The notes: generated by a model from the sequence alone, not told the origin. DNA of 64,000 nt from an uncultured Gemmatimonadales bacterium (GCA_963844035.1 CAWJMT010000035.1:258764-322763); one strand, 5' to 3'. Counted from the first letter of the stretch, positions 22,090 to 34,309 are shown. Program-made: numbers and translations.

Positions 22090-22915
22090 TTGGCCGCCGT
22101 GCGCGCGCCCGCCGTGAGCGGCCGCTTCTATCCGGGCACACCGCGCGAGCTCGAGGGCGCCGTCCGCGACTTGCTCGCCCAGGTGCCCAACGCCGTCCCC
22201 GGACCGGTTCGCGGAGCGCTCGCCCCGCACGCCGGATACCTCTACTCCGGATTCACCGCTGCCTGCGTGTTCGCACGCGTCACGATTCCTCCGCTGGTCG
22301 TCATTCTGGCCCCGAACCACACCGGGGTGTGCCGCGCTCCCGGCGGCGCGTCCCTGTGGGAAGCGGGTGCGTTCCGCACGCCGCTTGGGGATGTCACCGT
22401 GGACGACCGCTTCGCCGCTTTACTCCTCGGTGCCAGTCCGCTCGTCGCTGCGGACCCCGATGCCCACCGCGGTGAACACGCCATCGAAGTCCTGTTGCCG
22501 TTTCTCCAGGTGCTGCGGACCGACGTTCGGATCGTGCCGGTGGTGCTCGCATGGGATTCGTGGACGGCGTGCCGGGCAGCTGGGTCTCGCCCTGGCGCAG
22601 CTGGTCACACGGTGGCCCGAGCCGGTGCTCCTGCTCGCGTCGAGCGATCTCAGCCACTACGAACCGGCGGCGGTGTCGCAGCGAAAGGACGCCGCCGCGT
22701 TGGACGCGATGACGGTGCTGGATGGCGAGGAGCTGCTCGCCCGCTGCGCGCGCGAGCCGATCTCGATGTGCGGGCGGGCGCCAGCGGCGGCAATCGCGGT
22801 GGCGACGCGCGCGCTCGGCGCGGCGCACGGTACGGTCGTGGATTATCGGCACTCGGGCTGGGTGACCGGGGATGAGACCGCGGTGGTGGGCTACGGCGGA
22901 ATGGTGATCGCGTGA
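22090..22915 (+). CDS. amrB: AmmeMemoRadiSam system protein B (MEMO1 family); frameshift near 22578
   Basis: RAPAVSGRFYP, APHAGYLYSG, PNHTG, EHAIEV, ASSDLSHY, SMCG, VVGYG. Confidence 0.9.
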
Positions 22916-24435
22916 ATCAGATTCCGGTGCTGTCGGCCACCGAGGCGGCCGCGTGGGATACCGTGTCGCGCACGCAGTACCGCGTACCGAGCCGGGTCCT
23001 GATGGAGGCGGCCGGGCGGGCCGCGGCACAGGTGCTCGTCCGCGAGTTCCCGGCGGCGGTGACCGATGGTGCCCTGGTGGTCGCGGGGGCGGGAAATAAC
23101 GGCGGCGACGGCTGGGTGATCGCGCGCGCCCTCCACGCCTCGGGCGTGCCGGTGTGGGTCGCGGCGCTCGATCCCAAGACCGATGACGCGATCGACAACC
23201 GTGCGCTGGCCCGCGTCGATGGCGTGCGCGAGCTGGGTCGGGCCGAGCCCTGGCCGGTGGCGGCCGTCGTGGTGGACGCGTTGCTCGGCACCGGAGCGGC
23301 AGGGCCGGCGCGCGGGGACGTGCTCGCGCTGGCGCAGCGCATCGTCACGTACGGCGCTCCCGTGGTGGCGATCGACGGACCGACCGGCCTCGATCTGTCG
23401 AGCGGCGAGGCGCACGGTCCGGTTCGCGCGCGCGTCAGCATCACCTTTGGCGGCGTGCGGCGCGGCCACCTGCTGGCGCGCGAGTGGTGCGGGCGCGTCG
23501 TGGTGGTGGACATCGGTCTCCCGCCCCCCGATCCCGCGTGGCCGCTGCTCGTGACCGACGCCTGGGCCAGCGCACGTCTGCCGCGGCTCGCGCCGACCAT
23601 GCACAAGGGAGACCGGGGCCGCGTGACCGTGGTGGGTGGCGCCGCCGGCATGACCGGCGCGGCGCTGCATGCGGCGCGGGCCGCACTCGCTGCCGGCGCC
23701 GGCCTCGTGAAGCTGGTCGCGGCGGCGGATACACTCGCAGCCGCGCGCGCCAGCCTTCCCGATGTGCTCACCGTCGAATCGGCGCTCGGGCCCGAGCTCG
23801 AGCCTGCCGTCGCCGAAGCGCTGGACTGGGCGGACGCGTTGGTGGTGGGACCGGGTCTGGGTCGCGAGTCGGCGCGCGGCGCGTTCTTGCAGGCCGTACT
23901 CGCGCGCCGTTCGATTCCCACCGTTGTGGATGCCGACGCGTTGACGCTGTTCCAGGGCGAGGCGACCCGGCCCACAGTGTTCACGCCCCACCTGGGCGAG
24001 TTTCGCGCGCTGTTCGGCGATCAGCTCGCCGATGCCGCGGCCAATGATCGCTGGGGCGCTGCGGCGAAAGCCGCGCAAAGGGTCCGGGGCACCGTCCTGC
24101 TCAAGGGCGTTCCCACCGTGATCGCCGACTTGCGGGGGCCGGCGCACGTCGTCGCGAGCGGCAATCCAGGACTCGCGACCGGCGGATCGGGGGACCTGCT
24201 CGCGGGGTTCATCGGCGCGTTCCTGGCGCGCGGCGGCGCCCCGCCCGAAGCCGCCGCCCTCGGTGCCCATGCCCTCGGCCGCGCCGCCGAGCACGGCGCG
24301 CGGCAGTGGACGGCCCGCAGCCTCCGACCTGCCGACGTGCTCGCCGCCCTCCCCGACATCTGGCGTGCGTGGGCGGACACGAAGCCGTGCACCCCACCCG
24401 TCATCACGCTGCTCGAGTCGCCGGAGACGGAATGA
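22912..24435 (+). CDS. nnr: Bifunctional NAD(P)HX epimerase/dehydratase
   Basis: LMEAAG, GNNGGDG, VDALLGTG, HKGDRG, GPGLG, DADAL, TPHLGE, ATGGSGD. Confidence 0.95.
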   Translation: MNQIPVLSATEAAAWDTVSRTQYRVPSRVLMEAAGRAAAQVLVREFPAAVTDGALVVAGAGNNGGDGWVIARALHASGVPVWVAALDPKTDDAIDNRALARVDGVRELGRAEPWPVAAVVVDALLGTGAAGPARGDVLALAQRIVTYGAPVVAIDGPTGLDLSSGEAHGPVRARVSITFGGVRRGHLLAREWCGRVVVVDIGLPPPDPAWPLLVTDAWASARLPRLAPTMHKGDRGRVTVVGGAAGMTGAALHAARAALAAGAGLVKLVAAADTLAAARASLPDVLTVESALGPELEPAVAEALDWADALVVGPGLGRESARGAFLQAVLARRSIPTVVDADALTLFQGEATRPTVFTPHLGEFRALFGDQLADAAANDRWGAAAKAAQRVRGTVLLKGVPTVIADLRGPAHVVASGNPGLATGGSGDLLAGFIGAFLARGGAPPEAAALGAHALGRAAEHGARQWTARSLRPADVLAALPDIWRAWADTKPCTPPVITLLESPETE

Positions 24436-26040
24436 AGGCGGTCAGGCGGACCGGCGGTCTGGCGGTCGGCTTCTTGGCCGGAGCATTGGTGACCGCCCGA
24501 CCGCCCGACCGCCTGACCGCCCAATCTCTCTGGCGTCCCGACGAGCGGGTGCTCATCAGTGATTTCTCCTACGTCCGCGCGATCGCCGCGTCACCTTCGC
24601 TGGTCGTCGCCGCCACCACCCATGGCCTGACGATCTATGATCGTCTCGCGCGCGCCTGGCAGCTGCCGGTGACGGCGCTGGATGGCTACCCGGTCGCGCC
24701 GGTGCGCGTGGCGCTCGCCGATGTGGTGGGCAACGCGGTTTGGTTCGGGACGGAGATGGGCTGGGCCCGCTTCGACGTCGATATCCGCCGCTGGGAGGAA
24801 GGGTACGCCGCGGGGGGCGTGAGCAACCTCATGATCGATGCCGGCGATCCCGCGAGCGGGGCATACGTCCAAACTGGTGCGGGGTGGGGGTTCCTGGCCC
24901 GCGGCATGCCGGCGCCGGTCCTCGGTGGGCCGCTGCCGCCGCCGGGACGCCGCGTGGTTCCGCTGACCCCCGAGGCCGCATTGCGGCTGGCGCCGGCAGC
25001 GGACGCGCTGCGCGCCTTCCTGCTCACGGATGCGCGGCTGCGCACCGCCCGGTTCACCAGCGCCGCGCGCACCTCCGACCGCTCCGAGCTGTTCTTCGGT
25101 ACCAGCGGTGTGGGTGTCGTGCGATTCGACCCGACGAGCACGGAACGCGAGCCGCTGCCGTTCGGACTGCTGGCACCTCGCAGCGGTGCGCTGGCCCTTG
25201 AGGGGAACGGTGTGTGGGTGGCGAGCCTGGCGCGCGTGGGCGAGCGCAGCGGGCTCAGCTGGGTCGCCGCCGATCTTTCCACCGTCAAGACGTTCCAGGG
25301 CGCGGGCGTCACCGGCTACGGCTTTTTGGAGGGTCGCCGGCTCGTCGCCGCCGGGCCGTTTCTGTGGCTCGCGTGTGAGCGTGGCGTACTGAAGATCGAC
25401 CCGGGGAGCGAGCGGAGCCGTCTGTTCGAAGCACGCAGCGTGCTGCCCGATGCGGTACTGAGTCTCGCACCGGCCCCCGATGGTGTGTGGGTGGGGACGG
25501 CGCGCGGGCTTGCCCGCATCACGCCCGACGACCGCGTGCTCACGATCGGAACGCTCACGCATCCCGTGCTCTCCCTGCTGGTCGTGCACGACAGCCTATG
25601 GGTCGGCACGACTGCCGGGCTCGGATTACTCCGCTACGGCGATGAAGAGGTGGGCGTCCCGCCGGAAATCGCCGAGCAACCCTCATTGCGAGCGCCGATT
25701 CTCGCGCTCGCCACCGTCGGCGACGTGCTCGTCGTGGTGACCGTGGACCAGTTCGCCTGGCGCGATCCCGCCACGAGCCGGTGGACGCTGCTTCACGCCC
25801 GCACCGACCTGGGCGCGATCACCGCGCTCGCGGGCGATCCCGAGGCCGGCGGCGTGTGGATCGCGGGGACGACCGGCGTGGCGTTCTGGGAGCTGCCACG
25901 CGGCACGTTCCACGTCTTGCGGGCGCCCGATGACGTTCCGGCCGCGGTGCACGATATCGCCGTCGATGCGCGACTTCGTCTGGGTTGCCACGGACAGCGG
26001 ACTGGTGCGCTTCACTCGCTCCGCGGCGCTGGGCCGATGA
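24432..26040 (+). CDS. Secreted beta-propeller protein (regulator-propeller-like repeats); frameshift near 25970
   Basis: Repeated VWFGT.., VWVGTARGL, LWVGTTAGL, VWIAGTTG, VWVATDSGL units. N-terminal signal peptide; TGA overlaps the thiL ATG. Confidence 0.7.
24436..24522. repeat. Palindromic array: 4x NGGCGGTC, spacer, 4x GACCGCCY
   Basis: aggcggtc aggcggac cggcggtc tggcggtc (24436-24467) and gaccgccc gaccgccc gaccgcct gaccgccc (24491-24522). Confidence 0.85.
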
Positions 26041-27002
26041 AATCGGGTCTGCCGCTCGGCCCGGGCGCGGAATTCGACCGGCTGCGCGCCATCTTCACGC
26101 GGCTGGGCGCGGTGGGGCAGGGGCTGGGCGACGACACGGCGTTGCTGCGGCTCGGCGCGACCACGCTGGCCGTAAGCATGGATCTGAGCCTCGAAGGGGT
26201 GCACTTCCGCACCGAATGGCTCTCGTTCGCCGAGATCGGATGGCGGGCGACGGCGGCGGCACTCTCGGATCTCGCGGCTGAGGGAGCGAAACCGGTCGGA
26301 GTGCTGGTGTCACTCGGAATTCCCGGGGGACGGGGGAAGGGGGAAGGGGGAAGCGGTGAGATCCCGGCGCGGACATCATGGCGGGCGTCGCGGCGGCAGC
26401 GAAGCATGTCGGCGCCAAGGTGCTGGGCGGCGACTTGGTGCGCTCGGAGCGCTATCTCGTGGATGTCTGCGTGCTCGGGACGGTGCAACGGCCCGTGCGT
26501 CGCAGCGGAGCGCATGCCGGGGACGGCGTCTGGGTGACTGGGGAGCTCGGTGGGGTGGCACGCGCGCTCGAGGAATTTCGCTCAGCGACGTGCACCCGAG
26601 GGAGCGCTGCGCGAGCGGTTTTCCCGGCCCATGCCGCGCATCCCAGCGGGGCGCTGGTTGGCGCAGCACGGCGCCCGGGCCATGATCGACATCTCCGACG
26701 GGCTCGCGGCGGACGCCGGCCACCTCGCCGCCGCGTCGGGGATCGCACTCGAGATCGAGCTGGAGCGGATTCCCTGCTGGTCCGGCATGACCCCGCGCGA
26801 CGCGCTCGCGAGCGGCGAGGAGTACGAGCTGCTGGTCGCGCTGCCCAAGGGCTTCGGGGAGCGGAGCGCGCGGGCGTTCACGCGCGCGACCGGTCTCGCG
26901 CTCACGCTCATCGGGCGTTGCGTGAAGGGCGCGGGAGTGCGGCTCACCGAAGCCGGTCGTTCGGTCCCGGCGCCCGCGGGCTTCGACCATTTCGCCCCAT
27001 GA
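26037..27002 (+). CDS. thiL: Thiamine-monophosphate kinase (frameshifts near 26365 and 26580-26620)
   Basis: EFD, GDDTA, EGVHF, LSDLAAEGA, GGDL, RSGA..GD, MIDISDGL, GEEYELL, GFDHF. Confidence 0.9.
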
Positions 27003-27711
27003 TCCGGTTCTTCTGGGTCACCCTGATCTCGCTGCCGTCCACGTTTGTGCACGCGCTCGCGGCGGTGTTGGCGGCGCTCCTGGGCGTGAAACGGCGGCCG
27101 GGCGGCGTGTACGACTGGGCCACCGTTGATTGGTCGCGGGACATCCTGCGCGCGGCGGGGACGCCAGTCGTGGCCGCGGGGTTGGACCGGATTCCCCGCG
27201 ACCGGCCCGTGCTCTATGCTGCGAACCACACGTCGATGTTCGACATCTGGGCGCTCGCGGCCACGCTGCCCGGGATCGACACGGTTCGTCGCCAAGGAGG
27301 AGCTGGGGCGGATCCCGCTCGTCGGTCTCGCGATGCGGCGCGCCGGGCACATCATGATCGATCGCTTCAACCGGGCGCGGGCGTTCGCGGCCTACGAGCA
27401 GGCCGCCGAAACGATCCGCAGCGGCATCTCGCCCGATCGTGTTTCCCGAAGGGACGCGCAGCCGCACCGGGGAGCTGCAGCCCTTCAAGAACGCGCCGTT
27501 CGGGCTCGCGATCGCGGCCCAGGTCCCGATCGTCCCGCTGTACGTGGATGGCACCTACCGCATCCTTCCGAAGGGCGGGCTGCGCCTGCACCCGATGCCG
27601 ATCCGCATCGAGATCGGGGAGCCGATCCCGACCGCCGGCCTGACCCGCGGCCGATCGCGACAAATTGCGCGACCGCGTGCGGGCGGCGATCTCCGGCGCT
27701 CAAGGCGCGCG

Positions 27712-27737
<26 letters not shown>
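26999..27737 (+). CDS. plsC: 1-acyl-sn-glycerol-3-phosphate acyltransferase (several frameshifts)
   Basis: NHTSMFD (HX4D), FVAKEEL, FPEGTRS motifs distributed over three frames. Confidence 0.85.
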
Positions 27738-29310
<1,573 letters not shown>

Positions 29311-29401
29311 CTCCGCCACGGGCGTCCAGGAACTATCCGTCCCCCCACGTGGTATCGCTGGTGTCGTCCTTGCCGCCCCGCCTACTCATCAAGGAGCAGC
29401 C

Positions 29402-30204
29402 ATGCGTGCAGCCAGACTGAGCCGCCGTAACCGGATCGGGACTTCTGGTGTTGGTTCTGGCATGCGGCAAAGGTGAGAAGGTGTCGTTCGGCGAGGGGAT
29501 GGGAACGCCGCCGGGCTCGCCCTCGGCCGCCCCCGCGGTCGCCTCGAGCGGCGCCATGGGCACGGCGACGATCTCGGGCCAGGTCAAATTCTCGGGCAAG
29601 GCACCCGCTAACCCGGCCATCGACATGGCGGAGGAGCCGAAGTGCAAGAGCGAGTACTCGTCCACGCCGCACGAGCAGGTCGTCGTGGTGAACGCCAACG
29701 GGACGCTGGCCTCCGTGTTCGTGTACGTGAAGGCAGGCTTGCCGGCCGGCGCGACCTATCCCGTGCCCAGCACACCGGTGGTGATCGATCAGAAAGGGTG
29801 CATGTATCACCCCAGAGTCTTCGGCATCATGGTCGGGCAGCAGCTCGAGATCGCCAATAGCGACCCGTTACTGCACAACATCAAGGCGATGGGAAAGCAG
29901 AACCGTCCGTTCAACATCAGCCAACCCACGGCAGGGATGACGACGGATCGCGTGTTCACCGCGCCCGAGGTGATGGTGCGGTTCGAGTGCAACGTGCACG
30001 GCTGGATGCACGCCTTCGTGGGCGTGTTGCCCCATCCGTTCTTTGCGACGACGGGGAGCGACGGCGCATTCACGATCAGGAATCTTCCCGCCGGGACCTA
30101 CACGATCGAGGCGTGGCACGAGGTCTATGGCACGACGACGGCGTCGGTGACGGTGCGCGACGGCGAGGCCGCGACGGCGGCGTTGAGCTTCACGGCCAAG
30201 GTAG
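29402..30204 (+). CDS. Lipoprotein with cupredoxin-like and carboxypeptidase-regulatory-like domains (indels near both ends)
   Basis: AAGGAG ribosome-binding site, LVLAC lipobox, DQKGC.Y.P, NSDPLLHN, CNVHGWM, LPAGTYTIEAWHE. Probable stop AAG-TAG near 30204. Confidence 0.75.
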
Positions 30205-30270
30205 CGCTGGCGGGCAGGGAACCGCGCTCGGCCGGGAGTGGTTTGAGGGAGACGACCGCAACCCCGGGGA

Positions 30271-30453
30271 ATGACATGCGCCGCAAGACGTATCAAACGC
30301 AGCGTGAAACGCGCCGCCGCGCCCTGCCGGCACCGCGCGGAGACCGAGACGGATTGGCTCGGCCGGACCTACATCGGCTGTCCGGTGTGCCGGCGCTGGA
30401 AGCTCGTGAAACCGCACGCCGCGGCGCCCGACTCGCGGCGCTGGGCGGCATAG
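30271..30453 (+). CDS. Small putative zinc-ribbon protein (60 aa)
   Basis: C-R-H ... CPVC arrangement; fills the gap between two convergent genes. Confidence 0.35.
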   Translation: MTCAARRIKRSVKRAAAPCRHRAETETDWLGRTYIGCPVCRRWKLVKPHAAAPDSRRWAA

Positions 30454-30505
30454 ATACTACTGGTGCGGGAGCGCAGGTGACTGCGCTCCCGCACCACGAT
30501 GTTCC

Positions 30506-31906
30506 CTACTTCTTGTGGGCCTTCGGTATCACCGTGCGTGCGAACACCACCACGCACCCCCGGCCTCTCACCACGCAGCGGTTCCGTTTCGTCGCGTCGC
30601 TGCTGGTGTCGGTCGCCGCGGCGAACAGCGCGCGCGTGAAGATCTCATTGGTCTCCTCGTGCGCCGACGGACTCGCGCCTGCGATGTTGGGCACGTTCTG
30701 CAGCCACTCGCCCGTTCGCGAGTTCATGATCCCGAGCGACGCGACGCCGGTCGCCGAATCGTTCCCGGTTACGAGGAAGGTGTCGTCACCAAAGTTGACC
30801 CAGTCTTCGTCACCGGTCGAGACTTTCGTGACGACGTTGAGCACTTCGCCGGTGCGCGGGTTCATGCGCATCGGCCGGCCGCACATCTGGGCCCAAATGA
30901 AGCGACCCGCCATGCGGAGGTTGTTATTTCCGGTGCCCGCAACGCCCGTAAGCGCCGTGCAGTCATACACGCGGTGCGGTTCGGTCGTCTGGCTCCGGAC
31001 CTTGATGATCTCGATGAACGGCCCGCCCGGCGCGCCCTGCATCGGGAGCAGGAACCGATTGAGCTGCGGCACCCACACGTGACCTTCGACTGTTCCGGGG
31101 CCGAACGTCATATGGCCGAGCACGCGGTACGGGTAGCGTGCGGAGACGAGCGTGAGATATCCCTCGAGCGCGCCGCCTGCCGCCGTGATCCCCGCGTTGT
31201 TCGTGCAATTCGCGCCCGCGACCGTGCACTTGCGCCAGGAGAGCGGATTGGGATTGGAGACGGCAACGACGTGATGAACGGGATCGTAGTCGATCTCGTT
31301 CGAGCGCCCGCAGAAATGGGTGGTCGCGGTCCCGCCGTCGCACCCCGTGTCGGCGGTGCTGATGGACTTGATGATGTCCAGGTCCTGCATGTCCACCACG
31401 TGCAGGGTCGAGTTGCCGTCGGATACGAACAGCACCCGGCCGGGGAGGCCGCGCTTATGATGGTGGCCCCATCTATGGTCGCCGCGGGTCGGAGCCGACA
31501 CGAAGGCGTTCGGTCCGGCGCCGTTGGTGGTCGGGGTTCCGCCGCCCGTCGTGACGTTTCCGGCCATGCCGGCGATGCGCCCTGTGAAGTTGTGGGTCCG
31601 GACGTCGAACACGTCCACGCCGTTGTTCGAGGCGTCGGAGAGGAAGTACGTCGAGTTCGACTGCTCGACCCACCCCTTCTGCGAGCTGGTCAGCGGGTTG
31701 CCGGGAATTTCGATGGCGCAGAGGAAGTCGTAGGGGCCTCTTCCGTCGCCGCGCCCATTGAGGCGGCAATCGGGATTACCGCGATCGTTGTTGTGGTGCA
31801 GTGAGATATCGGGTGCTGGGCCGGTCGGCTGTTGCGGATCGCAAGCCAGAGCGAAAGCCGCGACGACGCCGGTAACAACGGTGAAACATCGTGCCATAAG
31901 TTTCAT
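30506..31906 (-). CDS. Secreted/lipoprotein YncE-like beta-propeller protein
   Basis: GGAGG ribosome-binding site, MKLMARCFTVVTGVVAAFALAC signal/lipobox, FLSDASN.GVDV.D, GPN, VSDGNS.L.VVD, DYDP repeats. Confidence 0.7.
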   Translation of the reverse strand: MKLMARCFTVVTGVVAAFALACDPQQPTGPAPDISLHHNNDRGNPDCRLNGRGDGRGPYDFLCAIEIPGNPLTSSQKGWVEQSNSTYFLSDASNNGVDVFDVRTHNFTGRIAGMAGNVTTGGGTPTTNGAGPNAFVSAPTRGDHRWGHHHKRGLPGRVLFVSDGNSTLHVVDMQDLDIIKSISTADTGCDGGTATTHFCGRSNEIDYDPVHHVVAVSNPNPLSWRKCTVAGANCTNNAGITAAGGALEGYLTLVSARYPYRVLGHMTFGPGTVEGHVWVPQLNRFLLPMQGAPGGPFIEIIKVRSQTTEPHRVYDCTALTGVAGTGNNNLRMAGRFIWAQMCGRPMRMNPRTGEVLNVVTKVSTGDEDWVNFGDDTFLVTGNDSATGVASLGIMNSRTGEWLQNVPNIAGASPSAHEETNEIFTRALFAAATDTSSDATKRNRCVVRGRGCVVVFARTVIPKAHKK

Positions 31907-31916
31907 ACTTCCTCCG

Positions 31917-32010
31917 GTGGCGGGCCCGCGGGCTGCCCGACGGCGGGACACGAAACCCGGCGAGGTTCCGTGCCCCTGCGGCCGAACGCGAGCGTTGCCC
32001 TTACGTGACG
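31917..32010 (-). ncRNA. Candidate cyclic di-GMP-I (GEMM-like) riboswitch, degenerate
   Basis: Minus strand reads GUCACGUAAGGGCAACGC..GGGGCACGGAACC..CCGGG..GCAGCC..GGCCCGCC directly abutting the GGAGG ribosome-binding site. The canonical GAAA tetraloop is missing. Confidence 0.35.
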
Positions 32011-32265
32011 GGAACCAATGGGCGGGCGATCTCTCGATCGGGGTGGCGTCGGACGGCGGCGTCAGAGCGAGGAAGAGATGACCCAAGAATGATCAGAGGC
32101 CATCGGCCCTACGAGTCGAAACATACGTCTCGTGAAGGAACCCGCTAGATGTCTCGGTGACCGATTCGTCGAGGCGCACGTGGGATTGTTGCATGATCGC
32201 CACAAGGGGGGCGCTGTCCCTCCCACGGAGTGAGGTGATTCGCTAAGTTCTTCCGCGCAACTCCT

Positions 32266-32339
32266 GGCGGCGTAGCTCAGCTGGCTAGAGCAGCGGAATC
32301 ATAATCCGCGGGTCGTCGGTTCGAGTCCGACCGCCGCTA
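32266..32339 (+). tRNA. tRNA-Met (CAT), elongator type; CCA not encoded
   Basis: GGCGGCG acceptor stem, TAGCTCAG D-arm, GCGGA-ATCATAA-TCCGC anticodon arm, GTTCGAGT T-loop. Confidence 0.95.
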
Positions 32340-32419
32340 TTCCCGCCAGGCCCCCGCGCAATCGGGGGCTTGGTGCTTCTATCTCCTCCCGAAAGGCGGG
32401 TGCGCTGCTGCGCGCACTG

Positions 32420-33717
32420 GTGATTCCTCGGGACCCCTGGCCGCGGCTCGGCTCGTCGTCCGCCACGCGGGCCGCAATTGCCGCCCTCTACGCCGTCGTA
32501 CTGCTCGTCGCCCTGGCGGAGGTGGTGCGGTCCCTCTCCCGGGCCGATCGCCTCGACTACACCAACTATCCCATCCTGGGCGAGGTGGTCCTGACCGGGG
32601 GTGACCCCTACGACAACCCGTACAACTCCTGGCCGCCGTTTTTCCTGCTCGTCGCCGCGCTGCTCGGCCTTGGCGCCCGGATCTCGGGTGTCGCCACGCT
32701 GGCCGTGTGGCAGATCGCCAGCGTCCTTGCCGCCTGGGGATCCTTGAAGCTCCTCGTCCGCTGCTTCGTGGACGAAGGCCGCGATCTCACCTTCTGGCCC
32801 CGCTCGCCGGATCGGCTCGCATTCGCGTCGGCCCCGGTGGTCATCCCGCTGCTGGTCACCGCGCGCTTGTTCCTGGACAACCTGCAGCACGGACAGATCA
32901 ACGCCCAGCTGCTGTTTCCTCTCGCTGCTGGCATTCGTCCTGTTTCGCGAGCAGCGGCCGATCGCGGGCGCCTTCGCACTCGCCCTGGCCGCGAGCATCA
33001 AGGCCGTGCCGGTGCTGCTGCTCGGCTACCTCGTCTACAAGCGATGCTGGCGCGAAGTGGGGTGGACGGTCGGGTTCCTCGTGCTGCTGAACCTGGTCAT
33101 TCCCGTCGCGATCTTCGGCGCCGACGGGGTGGCGACGCAGTGGAAAAGCTGGCACGCGGTGGTGGGTGGGGAGCTGCTGAAGCCGATCGCACACCACCCG
33201 AACCAGGCGCTGCAGTCGGCGCTGAAGCGCTTTCTGACCGTCGAAGGCGGCAGCACCAATCCCCTCAACGTGTCAATTGCCGCGTGGTCGACGGCGGCAG
33301 TGGCTCGGGCTTTCTGGGCCCTGGCGGCGCTGGCGCTCGCCGGGCTCGCGTGGCGGTTTCGGCACGACCCGCGCGACCTGCGTGACCGGCGCTGCGCCGC
33401 AGAGTACGCGATCTGCCTGGCGGCAATGACCCTCGTCTCCCCGCTCGCCTGGACGGCGCATTTCGTGACGCTGCTTGCGCCCGCGGTCCTGGTCTGGACC
33501 GCGCTCCGTGAGATGCCTCATGACACGGCCGCGCACCGGTGGCGATTGGCGGGCTGGTGGGCCGCGTTCGCCTGCCTCACCCTCAGCGCGCAGGGGTTCG
33601 TCGGCTGGACGTGGGCCGGGCGGCTCGAATCGCTGTCGGTGATCACGCTCGGGGCGCTGCTGCTCGTCGCGCTGGCGCTCTCAGTGCTCCCGGCGCTCGC
33701 TCCCGCGGCGCGTCTAG
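32420..33717 (+). CDS. GT87 / DUF2029 membrane glycosyltransferase (frameshift near 32920)
   Basis: DPY..NSWPPFF, NLQHGQIN, AASIKAVP, NQAL, SPLAWTAHF; polytopic membrane protein. 3' end approximate. Confidence 0.75.
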
Positions 33718-34309
33718 CCCTTCGGCCCCTTCCACACGACGGCCCGGATGTCATGAGACCGCTCGGCGGCAAACCGCTGAGCGGCCTGCAGGTGTTCCTC
33801 GTAGTCCGTCCGCCACGCGGCCGGCATGTGGGCCGGAAATACCCGGCGGTCATCACCTCGCCCGCGGCTGCGGCCGCCGCACCGTGCCCGACCTCGACCA
33901 CGTCGCCCAAAAAGCAGGTCGAGCTGCCGGTGTCCATCGCGTTCACCACGCGGCACTCGAAATGCGCATAACACTGATCCAGCACCGGCGCGCCCAGCCG
34001 GCCGGTGTGGTGCGGGACGTCCGCGAGCTTGTCCTTGGTGCGCCCGCTCACGAATCCCAGCCGGTGGATCAGCTCGAACTGGTCCTGACGGAGCAGGTGC
34101 ATCACCAGCCGTCCGGTCTCGTAGATCATGTCGTGGCTGAGATTGAACTTGTGGATGTACACCGAGACCCGCGGGATCGTGGGGACGATCGAGGCGCGGA
34201 TCGCGCTGTCGGAGATCATGCCGTTGCGCTTGCCGGCGCGCTCGCTGGTGATCGCCACCACGGGAGACGTGAGGTTGCGGAGCAGCTGATAGGTATGGTC
34301 GGGGTGCAT
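33714..34309 (-). CDS. Flavin reductase family protein (frameshift near 33835)
   Basis: PVVAITS..NGM..AS..P, HLLR.DQ..L...G..SGR..DKL, G.PVL....A.FECRV. Confidence 0.85.

Noticed and set aside
24436..24522. CRISPR array
   Set aside because: The units are 8-nt tandem repeats without unique spacers, and there are no cas genes in the window.
24306..26537. Apparent propeller-ThiL fusion (743-aa ORF)
   Set aside because: The last propeller blade (FVWVATDSGL) ends at TGA 26040 in another frame and overlaps the thiL ATG; indel artefact.
29448..31082. 544-aa ORF extending the cupredoxin-like protein
   Set aside because: Beyond ~30200 it is antisense to the propeller gene; the stop was probably lost through one extra G.
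32266..32339. CAT tRNA as Ile2 (TilS substrate) because tilS is nearby
   Set aside because: The acceptor stem GGCGGCG with G2-C71/C3-G70 fits elongator Met; it lacks the C4-G69/C5-G68 pattern and the initiator C1 mismatch.
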